The notes beneath the pieces are model-generated. The model was not told where the DNA came from, searched no databases, and was given only the letters and a program-made list of their open reading frames with translations. A stretch of DNA of 64,000 nucleotides. It comes from Cystobasidiomycetes sp. EMM_F5. Taxonomy: Eukaryota. Each line of letters begins with the position of its first letter. The first letter of the stretch is position 1. Made by a program: the position numbers and the translations under genes. Location: NCBI GenBank assembly GCA_051047955.1, contig JBPGPT010000024.1, forward strand, positions 62,001 to 126,000, given 5' to 3'. Of this stretch, positions 41,573 through 54,533 are shown one piece after another.

Positions 41573-43601
41573 ATGCCTCGCGCAGTCCGTCTCGACCTGG
41601 CTGCCCCGCTGCAGTCTGAGGTCGTTGATATTCTACCATCACCACCGCCAGCGTACTCTGCGCTTCCCATCGATGACCGCTTCGAGGACGCCGACGAGAC
41701 TGACGACAGTGACGCTGATGGTGAAGAATTTTTAGTGAACGGCGAAGAGGACCTCGACGATTTGAGCGACGACGACGACGAGGACGGCGACGACGACTAT
41801 GGCATCGACGACAATCTCGTCGGTGACCAGGATTGGGAGAATGCTGCGGGAGATTTGACAAAACGATACAACAGGCTACGGCAGCACGTTGGCGCACTGA
41901 CCGGAGAGCAGAGCAGGTCTGCCCCAGCTAGCGGAATAGCTTCAAATGCAGGCTCGACGTCCTCTGCGATGCCGCTGCCAGCGCAGAATCAGCATCGAAT
42001 ACGTTCAAGTGCTGCCACTTCAGCTGCAAATTCCGGTACTCCAAACAACGCTTCCACAACGAGCAACGGCGCACCCACAGGCGTACACACCAGCAAGCTC
42101 GAGTCGTCTCTTGCTGCTCTGTCAAACAAATACTCTGCCGCACTCAACCTCGGCATGGTCGGCTCGTCCGAAGCTTCTACGTCTGCACTGCCGTACGGCG
42201 CACAACCATCATTCACAAGCAACGCCGCAACACGCAAAGGCGGCAGTGAGAGGCTGAACATAGTCAAAGACAAGAGCGACCGAGCGACGACAGAGCAGGT
42301 GCTAGACCCGCGGACTAGACTGATTCTCTTCAAGATGCTAGGCCGAGGTTTACTCGAAAAGGTTGAAGGCTGCGTCAGTACAGGCAAAGAGGTATGTAGT
42401 CGCAACGTACCGCTGTTCGAATGCGCTTAAATTGATGTCACAACAGGCCAATGTGTACCACGCTCTAGGCAGAATTTCACCAGATGCAGAACCGCCATCG
42501 CTTCTAGTACATCTGGCTCTCAAAATCTACAAGACGTCCATTCTGACTTTCAAGTCTCGTTCAAAGTATCTGACTGGGGAGTTTCGCTTCAAGAATGGCT
42601 ACTCCAAAGTCAAGAATCCGCGAAAGATGATTCGGCTGTGGGCAGAGAAGGAGATGCGCAATCTCAAGCGAATGCACACTGCGGGCTTGCGGTGTCCCGA
42701 GCCAGTCGAAGTGCGAAACAACGTTCTCGTAATGACGTTCCTTGGCCTTCACGACGACAGCTGGGAGGCCTGTCCTAGATTGAAGGACGCAGATCTGCCT
42801 GCCGAAAGACTGGAAGAATTGTACATCGAGATGCTGTGGATCGTCCGACGGCTCTATAAGGTCTGCAGGCTTGTGCATGCCGATCTCAGCGAGTACAACG
42901 TCCTCTACAACCCCCTCGACGAGCACTTGTACACTATTGACGTGTCGCAATCTGTCGAGCACGACCATCCCCACGCTTTCGACTTTTTGAGGAGCGATAT
43001 TGCAAACATGGATGAATTCTTTGCACGTCGTGGTGTCAGGACGCTCGGTATCATGCGTACTTTTGGCATGATTATCGAGACGTGGGGCATGGATGGCGAG
43101 GAAAGCGAGTTACAAATCAGGACGGAGGTGGAACGACGCTTTTCGTTGCCGGAAGCTACAGCCGATGCGAATGGACTGGGAGATCAAGTCGAGCAGGACA
43201 AGGTCTTTATGCAATCGTATATTCCCCGCACGCTAAACGAGGTCTACGATCCTGAGCGGGATGTTCAGCGTATTGCACAGGGAGAGCAAGATCAGCTCAT
43301 CTACTCTGAAGTAGTCGGTGTGGTTGCGCCCAAGGCGATCAAGGTGGATGAAGATGTGGACGAGCAAGAAGACTTTGCGAGTGAAAGTGGTACCGAGGAT
43401 GAGAGTGGAGATGGAGATGACGGCGCCGAGGGCGAGGCTGGCGTCAAGCAGTCTAGGGGCAAGCGGCACGAGGACAGGGACGCCAAGAGGGAGCGCAAGC
43501 AGGCTGTCAAGGAGGAAAAGCGCGAAAAGCGCAAAGACAAGATTCCAAAGAGTGTCAAGAAGGCGGCAGTCAAGAAGCACAGCGGAAAGAACAGAAAGTA
43601 G
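41573..43601 (+). CDS. RIO1: RIO1 atypical Ser/Thr kinase (40S maturation)
   Basis: [73 protein letters not shown], basic C-tail. Confidence 0.96.
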
Positions 43602-43720
43602 GCATTCTCTTTATTAGTAGCCTTGCTAGGGAATTAGCATATGCACGCCTTTGTTGTCGCCCTAAACCCAGGATTTCTGACAAAAAAAAACAGAGTACGC
43701 GGGCGCCAACCAGCGCGCGG

Positions 43721-44958
43721 ATGGCAGCAGCGACGACGCGAAGCCAGCCGCTGGTCTGTCGCGGGCACACGCGGCCGCTGACGTGCCTGTCGTTCTCTGG
43801 GCTCGAGGCTGACGGCGAGCACTATTTGCTGATATCTGGCTGCAAGGATGGGACCCCGATGGCGAGTGGGATGGGGATGTGATGCTGGCCAGCTCGAATA
43901 GTATCGGCTGACTTGGCCGTTTGCAGCTGCGGGACGGGGCAACTGGTGTGTTGTCAATGACGATGCAGAGATATCAACATGTTTTAATTGATTGACTGAC
44001 TATCCCCAGGCGACTGGCTCGGCAGCTTCCTAGGACACAGAGGGAGCGCCTGGTCTGCCAAATTGTCCGCAAACACCCAGCGAGCCATCAGCGGTTCAGC
44101 CGACTTTAGCGCAAAAATATGGGACGCGACAGACGGGAGCTGCTTGTTGACCCTCCCGCACGAGCACATCGTTCGCTGTGTGGATCTCAACACCGACGGC
44201 TCAAAAGCAGTCACCGGCGGTCACGAAAAGAAACTACGATTGTGGGACGTGGCTCAACTACTCGCTGCACAGCAAGATCAGCAGGGCAAGGGAGGTCAGA
44301 CGGAGCAAGCGGTTTCTGCAGACAGTATCACGCTGGCGTGCAGCTACTTCATTGCAGATGCGTCTAAAAGCACTGCGCACGAGGGGAATATCAAGTTCGT
44401 GATATGGGATGAACCGAATGGGCAAGTGGTGTCTGCTGGCGACGATAAGACTGTCAAGTTCTGGAGCTTGATGAGCATGAAGTGCGAACACGTTCTCCAT
44501 GTCGATGCTCCCATTACCAGTATGGAACGCTGTCACGACCAAGCCGGGTCCATCAGCCTGACGCATGGCGATACGGTTGCCTTCATCGATGCTCGAGCGT
44601 GAGTCAATACTACGGACGTCATATGCCCATTCCACTAATCTTCACCTCCCATTCCAGTCGCGAAATCAGACTGTCGTACACCTTACCTTACCCCGTCTCG
44701 ACAGCTTCGTTGCATCCCATCTCGCACGATCGTTTCGTGACAGGATCCAGTGCTGACGGCTGGGTACGCGTTCATGACGCAAAGACTGGCGCCGAGCGGG
44801 AAATGTACAAAGGTCATCATGGTCCAGTTCACGCAATCTCCTATTCCCCAGACGGCGAGCTGTACGCTAGCGGGTCAGAAGACGGAACGATCAGGCTGTG
44901 GCAGACGACGCCAAAGACGTATGGGCTGTGGGTGGCGGGCGCAACGACGGGCAATTGA
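43721..44958 (+). CDS. WD40 protein, STRAP/UNRIP-like
   Basis: PLVCRGHTRP, LISGCKDGTPM|LRDGATG|DWLGSFLGHRG, SGSADFSAKIWD, KGHHGPVH.ISYSPDGELYASGSEDGTIRLW, YGLW. Confidence 0.92.
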
Positions 44959-45322
44959 GCAGGGATAACAGTGCATACCGTCGCAAGAAGTCGTACTTGC
45001 AGTAGTCGTTCATCAAAGTCAGCAAATCAAGAAATCAGGGCGATGAAGCACAGCGACTGCGTTCTATGATCAGACGACGTTTTGCTCCAGAGGCAAAGCA
45101 TCATGAGTTACTTCAGAGTTAAAGCATAATGAGAAATGCAGCTTGACAGTGGTCATCAGGATCGATGAGATTTTGGGCTTTGATCGACTAATGACGACTG
45201 CTTGAAACTCACTAGAACAACCAACACATGCGCGACGACTGTATAGACAATATCTCAACAAAAAGCGGACCAATGCATAACTCCGCTTCCCAAGTGCAGA
45301 AAGATCCAGCCAACGTCCGACT

Positions 45323-47329
45323 TCATATCCGTTGTGAACGCCTTCCGTGCTCATTCTCATCCTCTTGCCAATAAGAATCAGCGCCGTCATCCTCGGCATC
45401 AGCGGCGAAGACTGCTTGCCGACCATGATGACCGTTCGGTAATGCTGATCCATTTCCTCTCCGCTGATCCATCTCTACGTTTTCTTCATTGGCCAGGCCA
45501 GCACTTTCCGGTAGTCGGCCATACAAGACGCTTTCTTTTGGCTCTGCGTTTCCATTGAGGCCGTCCCGCGAGGTTGAGCCAGACACCAAGCGTCGCCAGA
45601 AAGACGGTGTATCACTCAAAGACGCAGGGGGTGCGTTCTTCCCGCTTGTATGATACACGGAAATGAGGACATTGGCCCACAGATAGATTACGAATGAAAT
45701 GCAGAAAAGAATGATGATATACGTGACGTGCTGTGAATAAAGAGAGGTGCTAATGAGCCTGGTCATCCTGCTGATGAGTATGGCATCACTCACATCCATG
45801 CCGATGCCAGCGACGACTGCAATTTCCTCTTCGGTGGCAGACATGAACTGCAGCCTAATCCACAGGGCATAATCCGATCAGCTTAGTGGTTTGCGAAAAT
45901 GGCTGCATACTGCACCCACCCGCCAGCGACCAACAAGAACGGTGTCGTGTGCTGAAAGGCGGCGATATCCTTCGGCTTAGCGGTGCCAGGACCAGATGAG
46001 ATATTCACCGGATCCACGACTGCCTCATTCCTATTGTTGTCGACCGGGTCAACTGGAGGATTGTGCGTCTCCTTCAGTACGAAGCAGATTTCGATGATCC
46101 GGCATAGACCGGCGAGCATGAGGGTATACCCAAAGATGGTGTGCACATGTGTCGACAACATTGTGGCCTGTTCGTGTCCCGACATGGCAAAGCCTGTGAG
46201 GGCAATCACAAGAGCTGGCCAGATGTTGCGCTGAGAATGAAGGCGAGCAGTCAGTAAGGTAAGTCTTGTGTCATAGTACGCTGTATTTCAGCATTACCTT
46301 GCGATTCCGACCCAAATACATTCCGAGGGCACCGCCTGTCCAGAAGAGAACACCAAGAGAGGTGTGCTAGTCGTGTGCAGAGATTAGTCGCATCTTTGCG
46401 GCATCCGGATCTGGTCTACCCACCTGCATGTCTTTGTGAGACCAGCCGGAGGAAGTCTCGAGGAAGTTGTGTTCGGTAAATGTGTTGATGATGCCCCAGG
46501 TCATGCTTGAGGCAGGCAAGTAGGTCAGTCTGTTGCCTACTGTATGCATATAATTTCAAACACACATGACGGTGCTATCCAAGAATTCCTGCGATATACC
46601 CCGCTTTTCAAGCCACGGCGCTCCATGCATACTCATGATGAGAATGATGATGCCATAGCCCATGAAGGACGAGCCCATGATGTGGTGAGCCAGACACTGG
46701 CCGAGATTGCCACCAGCGCAGTAGCCGAGCGCGACAATGACGCCGAGCAGCATCTGGACATATCCAATGACTGGATACAGCCTGCCTAGTATACCGTGTA
46801 CGGCTAGAACTATCTTTCGAGCCTTCTTGCCTTCATGGATGTGCAGCTTCAGATAGACACCCAGTCCAGCTTGCGCCAGTATAATCCAGAACAACCATTC
46901 TGCAAAACTGCCGTGCTTTGAATGGGAAAATGCTCGCCCACCGTGAGCGTGGCCCAGCCATACTCCGCCAAGCGTCAGCACCGTAGCTGCGTATCGAAGA
47001 GGCCTTGTCAATGACGCCGTAGTGTATGCAAAATCCGACTGACAAGTCAACTGGACTGGCACATGCCAGCGCGACCTCGTCAAGCCAAAGACCATGCCCA
47101 GAGGAAATGCAAAGCCCCAGACCAAGACTTGAACGTAAATGTGGAGCCATAGTATCGAATCAATGGGCTTGAGGGCATTCTCCGGACTGGCAGCCGCTTC
47201 GTCGTGGTGCTCGTGGGCAGTGACGGCCGCAGCATGCAGCGCTAGCAGGCACAATACCCTCGGTAGTAATCTTGATGGTCGCTGCTTGTTGCCCGGTGCC
47301 GGATTTGCTGATGCCAGGTCTAGTACCAT
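45323..47329 (-). CDS. YTP1: Ytp1-like integral membrane protein
   Basis: AHEHHDE, IDSILWLHI, RSRWHVP, LGHAHGGR.F, GQCLAHHIMGS, QEFLDS, WGIINTFTEH, TGFAMSGHEQ, FMSATEE. Confidence 0.88.
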
Positions 47330-47714
47330 GCTGAGTAGTTTTCAGTCACGAAAGTCACTTGGAGATGTATATGCTGCTTGTGGGAGACACCAGAGCAACC
47401 TCTGCAGGGATTGCTCTGGATGTCCGCCCCAGCTTGCCGTGCTGGGCGTTGCGGGGGTGAATGTTGGCCACACAGTAGAATAGTAGTTGGGCCGCCCATA
47501 TACACGTAGCTTGGTTGGGGGTTCGGAATATACAACGCAGCAATTCTGCCAACAAACGGGCACATCTACAACAATCTTGTACACGATAAGTTGCGCGTAG
47601 AGATTGCTGTTGCTGCTGGTCCGGCTTGGGCATTTGCTTGTTGCTGAACTGTTTGGTCTGATGTACAACTTGACCTTTTGCCATTAAGTGTAGGAAAACG
47701 GCATCATTACATTG

Positions 47715-49569
47715 ATGGTCTTCAAGTGTCGCCTCGTCGTTGACAACCCGTCCACGCCCTTCTGGCTTGAGCATGTGGATTGCTACCGCTGGTTTGGTCA
47801 GCGCGTTAACAATCCAGCCGCCGTCACCCCCGGTCAGAGGGATGGCACTGCGGGCGTCTTTCAGAGCTCGGGCTATGCCATGTTTGGCACGTCTGGCGTC
47901 GTCACGTACAAAGTGACTGGCAAAGATTGCTGGCTCGCTTTGCTGTGGCATGTGGGGCCAACCGCCAACCGAGCTTGTATCGACCTGTTTGAGGAACGAC
48001 CAGTCGCCGGGCGTGGGCTAGCTACAAGACTCTTTCAGCTCAACACAAAGCAAGCTCGCATGCCACTGTCTCTCAACGGTGCTGATGTGACGTTGAAGGT
48101 TGGTTGTATTTCACGCTCGACATGTCGTCGCGCGCTGAGTGGCGGTCTTACGTCGCTCGCAGGTTTACGCGAAAGTCGGCTCGACAAACGACGTCGAGGC
48201 TCGATGGACTCTGGCGCTTGAAACTGCTTCGCCGGTCCAATTGCAGTCGGATCCCCCGCCTTTTTTTCACACGAGGGACCTACTCTTGCCTATACCTGTG
48301 CCGCGCACGCGCGTCTTCACTTCTGTTCGCTTCATTCCAGTCGGTCATGACGTTTCAGCTGACAAACACATGGGCGCGATGGCAGCGGGATTTCAGGTGC
48401 GCGCCTTCGCTGCTGTATGCCTCAATTTAGGTCTCTATATTGATTGGATTGGTGAAGGCGACTCACACTGGCGGCAAAGAGGACCCAAATGCCATCGTCA
48501 GCCCCCTTTTCCTGTGTCTTACACAGCTTCCAGCCCCCTATATAGATGCAGGGTCAATCGTCCCCGGTTTTTTTGGTGAATCAACGCGAAACAATGCCGT
48601 GATCACCTGGGCTGGAAAACAAGAAAACCTGTCCGATTTTTGGTATCTTTGCGATCCCAGAAATGAATTGGAGTGGCTGCCAAAGGATGAGGCGGTCAGG
48701 GCTGGCTCTGAGCTTTTTCTCGCCGGATACGACTCGCACATCAGAAAGAAAACTGTATTCATACGTGCTCCTTTGGCAGAGAACGGAAGATGGATCACTG
48801 GCAAAGCAGACGAAGATGTCCTTTCCCACGGACGTGGCTTTTTGCCCATTTTCACGCAGGATCTGTCTCACAGCAATGCTTGGGTGCCAGGTACTTCGAT
48901 TCCCGGCAATGCACGATGTATCGCTGACGCTTTCGACAGTCGAAGGTCTCTATACTTACAATTTTAGCGTGTTGTGCTGGCGATCCTTCGAAGATATCGC
49001 TGCACCAATTCCGGACGACGACCAAATTGGTCTCCACAATAGATTCGCTCAACAGTCGCAGGACGCCTTGGGAGTCCACGGAAAGATTGGTACCGCAGAG
49101 AAGGCCGTAATGGTCGCGCTCGCAGCGCTCGAGCGTATGGCTCTGCTCGCCGGTCAAACCCCTAAGATCTTACCCTTAGGTGTCGAAAGATTGCGTGAAT
49201 TGCCTCCGTCTGCGATGCTGTCATCTTTCCTGACTCTTGAGAGCAGGAACCTCCGGCAACAGATACGTTGACGTTGCAAAAACCATTTTTACGGGAACGA
49301 CAGGTACTAACACGCAATATCTCGTGGCCCTTAGGGACGCCATGAATTATCTTCTGGCGGAACTCAGCCGCAGATTCGGCCATACTTTCCGTACTCACCC
49401 AGAGATTAGTGGCAAGTTGCGGGACTTGAGCGACTTGATCGCGCGAGTCTTGACAGAGAGGGCATCTGTGATGGGTCTACATGGAGGCGGAGATGCGGCG
49501 CACCGACATGTATACGACGTATGGAAGAGGCTTTCGGGTGTACTCGTCTTATCCATCTGCTTCTTTTGA
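47715..49569 (+). CDS. Multi-domain protein: actinoporin-like N-domain, two DM9-like repeats and helical C-domain (3' end uncertain, may reach ~49730)
   Basis: Exons joined through introns 48099-48162, ~48397-48457, ~48891-48939 and ~49195-49246. Domain resemblance judged by eye (see findings). Confidence 0.65.
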
Positions 49570-49713
49570 CACAATGCGCGCAGTCAGCAATCCTTTTGCC
49601 GTATATGAAGTGGTTTAGAGATGTGAGAAACACCGATCCTTTCTGTTGTATTAGCATATCCTGGCCGGACAGTGTATCGTGTACCGAATCACATTTTCGT
49701 GTATTAGCCGAGA

Positions 49714-50834
49714 CTACTGACTTGATATAAATCTCGATCTACGAGTCATTGATATAACACGCTCTAGACTGGACCGGTACACCGCATTATTCGCCTTTGC
49801 ATACCAATCACACATGACCTGAACGACGTGGTCAATCTCGCCGACTTCCTCCTCGTCGGTCCAGTCTATGGCTGGAAACATCTGGGCTAGAGCTTTTCTG
49901 TCTTGAGGAAAAGCTTGCTTTTTGAATACTGTTTCGCTGTTGACGATGTTCCAACCCAGCATCATTGCAGCGACGGCTAGTACTGGAGCGGAGAAGCTGA
50001 TGCAGATGGGGTGTGTATACCTTGAAGTATTACAGTAAACATCAGTACAAGGCAGGAACAGACACGGTAAAGGAATATAGATAACTCACATCTCGTTCAG
50101 GACTTGCCATGACTCTTTTGCGAGTATCATTCTTTGACTTTCTTCTGGCAGCGTGGCAGCGAGTGCAGGATGCTTGATTGCCGCCATGAGCGGCTTGAAA
50201 GGATGAACGACCGTCATGTCGAATTGTAGTGCTACAAGTATCAGCTCTTCTATGTACAGGACTTGCTGCACCAGCTTTCGGAATGCCTGATAATGAGGAT
50301 TGTATTCAGCCTGTAGATCGCCGACTTCGATGACAACGATCCTCACCGGATCAGATGGATGTATCTTTGGCTCCTTGCCTCGTCTCCTGTCTTCCAGACG
50401 CAGACAGTAATTCACAACCGCTTCAACCTTGCGAAGCGATTCCTCGACCTTGCCAGCGAGAAACAGACACGCCATTGCGACCTCGCGATGGCCGTACTTT
50501 GCGAGCGAGTGCATCATGTAGAAGCGGTGCAGAAAGATGGAAGCGGTGGAGACGGTCAGTAGCGGCCTACAGTCACGATATTCGAACCACACCGTCTTCA
50601 GCTCCGCCCCATCAGTGATAGAAGGCGACCAGCTCACACGCTGACACGGACGCTGCCTACGCGGACGATGAGATCCACGCCCTGCGCCCGCTCGTACAGC
50701 TCTCGCTCGAGCGATATGCCATCAGCCCTCGACGGCGTTGCGCCAAAGTCTTCTGGCCAGTCAAATATCCAGTCATTGGGCGAATTGTTGCCGTTCTGCT
50801 TGGGTGCAGCTGCAGCTGCAGCAGTGGAAGTCAT
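49714..50834 (-). CDS. Transcriptional cyclin (cyclin T/K, Pch1/Bur2-like)
   Basis: TPSRADGISLERELYERAQG, TASIFLHRFYM, ACLFLAGKVEE, EELILVALQFDMTVVHP. Confidence 0.9.
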
Positions 50835-51346
50835 GGCTGCCGTGTCAGTATCATGGCATATTGTTGCACATCTGGTCTGGCCAGAGTCAACAGGACCTTA
50901 GGTCTGATTGCCCAAGACTGACGGAGCAAGACCGATGTTGGGGTGCATGCTTTACTAAGACTAACAGCTGAGACGTGTCAACTGCTGACAATATACGCAT
51001 CGCGACGCCGGCCTTGGGCAGCCCTGGCACAGCTTCACCTTCCAAACCCGGCATCGTTCTAAAGCAATGCGCTCCACCAGCGGGCGATTAATACCAAGAC
51101 ATGACAACGCATAGCCTTCCTTGTCTTGTAAACAAAGCCAATTGTTTCCGATGTGGTCGCCTTCCATAATCAGGGTCGAAATCGGATAACGCGGTGCTGA
51201 TGGGGATTCGCAAATAGAGACCTCTATTGACAGACGTACAGCCCTGCAGTCAAGGTGAGATGCTCATGATGCTGGAAGCAGGTGGTTTACAGCTTACTAG
51301 TTGTTCCTTTTCTCTCTCTAGTCATAAATCGCAATCCTGCTGCAAA

Positions 51347-52185
51347 ATGCGTCAATCTAGTTGTTCCCTCCTACCTATTCTCGCAGCAGCAACATCTCTA
51401 CTATCATTCTTTCAACAAGCTGCGGCCAATCCATGCCTCCAAGTTAGCTGTCCCAGGTATAACTCTTTCGGGAGAGGGCCAGCAGTCGAAGCTGGTCGAG
51501 ATCAACAGGACATGGTCTGGTGAGTAGCATCAGTGCAGATCAGTCTGCGCTTGTGAAGCTAGGACTCAGGCTGATGAGCTCGCCTCACAGCTACTACCCT
51601 GGTGCTTCCGGATGCGCCTACCAAATCAACGATATAAACCTCTTTTTGGAGGATCCTTATGATTCGCCAGGGTGTCCTTCTCATGGTGAGCGCACACACG
51701 CTGTCGACTCGGGAAATGTCGGCTAACACCGTTATCTCCAAGCCACTTGTACGCAGTGCAAACCGCAGTTTATACTAGTCGACGGACTCTGCCAATGCCC
51801 GGCCCCATTGTCGTATAGCGGGTTTGAAGACAGTTCGTGTTGCCTTGGCGTTCAAGAATATGATAGTATCTAACGATATTGTCACAGCTTGTCACTTGAA
51901 GTGTCCAGTGGGGACACAGAACCTTAACGATCAATCATGTCAGCCGTGCAATAAGGCGGCAGGAGAAGTTAGTTCCGGAGGATTCTTTGGCAGTGAGTAG
52001 CTAAGCACGAGTACATGTCTCGTCATGCTTCGTGCTAATCACCTCTTGTTTCTACAGAATGTGTGACATGTCCTATGGGGCAAATACCCAATAGCGACAA
52101 TTCTGCGTGCGTGCTGCAGCCTTCGCGCGCTGCTGTACGTAGGCAGCTGCAAGTCAAGGCTAAGCGACACGACTATTGGCGATAG
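51347..52185 (+). CDS. Small secreted cysteine-rich protein, multi-exon
   Basis: Signal-like MRQSSCSLLPILAAATSLLSFFQQAAA; spliced Cys motifs CKPQFILVDGLCQCP, CPVGTQNLNDQSCQPC, CVTCPMGQIPNSDNSAC; ends QPSRAAVRR...YWR*. Confidence 0.7.
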
Positions 52186-52355
52186 TCTTCTTCTGCGTAC
52201 AGCATCAGTGAAGTGGATTCCCGGACAGTGTATCGGGAAGATGTATCCAGTATGAGCTATAGATCCAAAAGCCTAACGATTGGCGTACAGTAGCGTGTCC
52301 AGTATCAATAATTCGAATGGAGCTCTGTTTTGCTTCTTGAGTAACCCCGACCAAG

Positions 52356-54235
52356 ATGCGGACGGGATATCTGGTTTCTCTGACTCTGCCGTTGCTCTCG
52401 CTCAGCGGGAGTGCCCAAGCTGGCCTATTCGACCGCCTCAAGGGCTCCGCTTCTTCGATATCGTCTTCAGTCGCCGACGCCGTTCCATCGCCCGCTGGAG
52501 CAGCTGCGCCTTCACCGCCGGCTGAGCCATCGTTGGATGCTTTCGGCGGTAGTGGTGTCCAACCTACGCAGGCTGGATCAGGCAAAGGGAGAGCTGCAGC
52601 CCCAGCTCAGCCGGGACAGATTATTTACGAGCGGGTGCCAGGCGAACCAGATCCAAAGGTTGTCAATCAGGTCGAGACGGCGGTGCCAACGCAGGAAGCT
52701 CACGAGCCATACGATGGAACAGAGTACAGGTGGAAGATGTTTGCAGTGAGTTGCGAGTTTGGACGGTGTTCGGACGAGCTTTTGGACGTGGAAGGCTGGT
52801 CGATATTCGGATGGATCTTTTCGACCTCGCTACAGTGACATGGGCTGATGCGGCTACATACCATTTTTATGCACTGCACGTACTATCACTCGCAGTTTCG
52901 TCCTGCCCAATTCTTCTACGAAGGACTCAGCTTGTGAGCCTCGATTGTACAGCACAAAGCATTCTTGGCTGATGTAGCAAGCAGAGCGGCGATATTAACC
53001 TATCTTGCAATCACACTCCTGGGAAAGCGTGCGAACCAAGCACAAGCGACCGCTTGGTGGAAAGCGCACGTCGGGTTACTCAACGAGGTAGGTCAAGGAT
53101 GGGCTGCAATTCTCCGCGATTTAACTCCGGCTCATCTTTCTTTGTCCTCCAACAGAACTTTGCCTCATTCTTACGTAGCCCTGCCTCTGCCTCCTTACAA
53201 CGCTCCGATCCAACTACATACTATGGCTTTGCCTCAGGTCGCCGCGGTACTTCCGGCCTTGTCGCCCAGATTACAACCTTGCCTCGACACGACATTATCG
53301 CACTTGCCTTTACTCTAGGCTACAAGATCTATGATCTTTCCTGGTCGCCAGACTCTGGCAAGGTGAATCTTGAATTTGAACTCGAGCATCCTACCGAAGG
53401 TGGGAAACTGCCAGCTGGCAAGGAAGACATAATTTGGGCGATTGTCAGACGACACGCTCTCATGCAAGTCCGTGAAGCCCGCTGGGATTTGGCTAGTTTC
53501 GGTCAGCCGGTCGAACCAAAGGAGTTGTCGGTTCTCCCGAACAAACAAGGAGAGCAGTTTGTCATCCTGTCGGAGAATGGTCAGGTTACGGAACTGTTCC
53601 TACGAAACTCGAAAGGACCTTCTGGTATTCTAGAGCTTCTCGGTAGCCAAGAGCCGGCAGCGAAGAAGGCAGTCAAATGGCTGGAATCCATAGCTATCAG
53701 CGATATTGTCGCAAAAAGACCGGATGAACCGTATGTCTTGCTAATTCTGTTTACTGCGCAGGCTGTACTAACTTCTACCCCATACATACAGAGTCTTGGA
53801 GAAGGCTGGCAAGATTCCACAGAGTCGTCGCCTAACGATGACCATGACTCTTCCCCCTGCATCACACGCTGCAGAAACACTGCCATTGGTCGAGCTGGCT
53901 CTCAATATCGTCGACGTGCTCAATGGCAGCACCCTGTCTAGCGACGTTGTCGCAAAGGGGGTGAGCGGACTTTTAATCTGATTTGTCATGACTTTCGACT
54001 GATTTTCTGCAATTTTTCCTCCCAGCGAAAGCGCCGCACAGAAGTATACAACCTACTATTGTCCGAGTCTCGTAAAGAGGCCAATGATAAAAAGATTGCC
54101 GAAGCTCGTGCAATCAAAAAGCGGGCGGATGAAGAGAAGAGGGAAAAGATGACCCCGCAAGAACGTCGCAAGTTGGAGGCCAAGGAGAGGGATAAGGAGA
54201 TGAAGAAGATGGCGATGAAGCAGCAAAAGAAATGA
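52356..54235 (+). CDS. DUF1682 / CCDC47-like ER membrane protein
   Basis: Signal peptide; YRWK.F.|FRPAQFFYE, TM segment, GKRAN, YYGFASGRRG, PRHD, WAIVR, RWDL, ILSE, K/E-rich C-terminus (MTPQERRKLE). Confidence 0.85.
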
Positions 54236-54533
54236 AAGACCGGGCAGCCCTAAAAGAAACAACGTTGTCGGGACTAATTGCCCAGCATCAATCTCGATAA
54301 TAAAAGGTAGTCATATCCCATCTCTGCGCAGGTACTTGCTTAAACTGCCGCCTGATGCCTACTAGTAGCACCCGATCAGTAGTCTGACCTCTTCGAAGCT
54401 GTGTCATCGTTGTGTGACTTCCATCCAACAACCTGCCTGTTCAATCTGAGTCTGTCGTTGCTGTAGACCAGCGCCAAAGCCATCCAAACTGGCTGGGCTG
54501 TACAGCTTGAGCGCCAGAAGGTGATGCGAAAGG

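Noticed and set aside
47355..47951. 198-aa minus-strand ORF
   Set aside because: Antisense to the actinoporin-like exon and running through the YTP1 promoter; no independent evidence.
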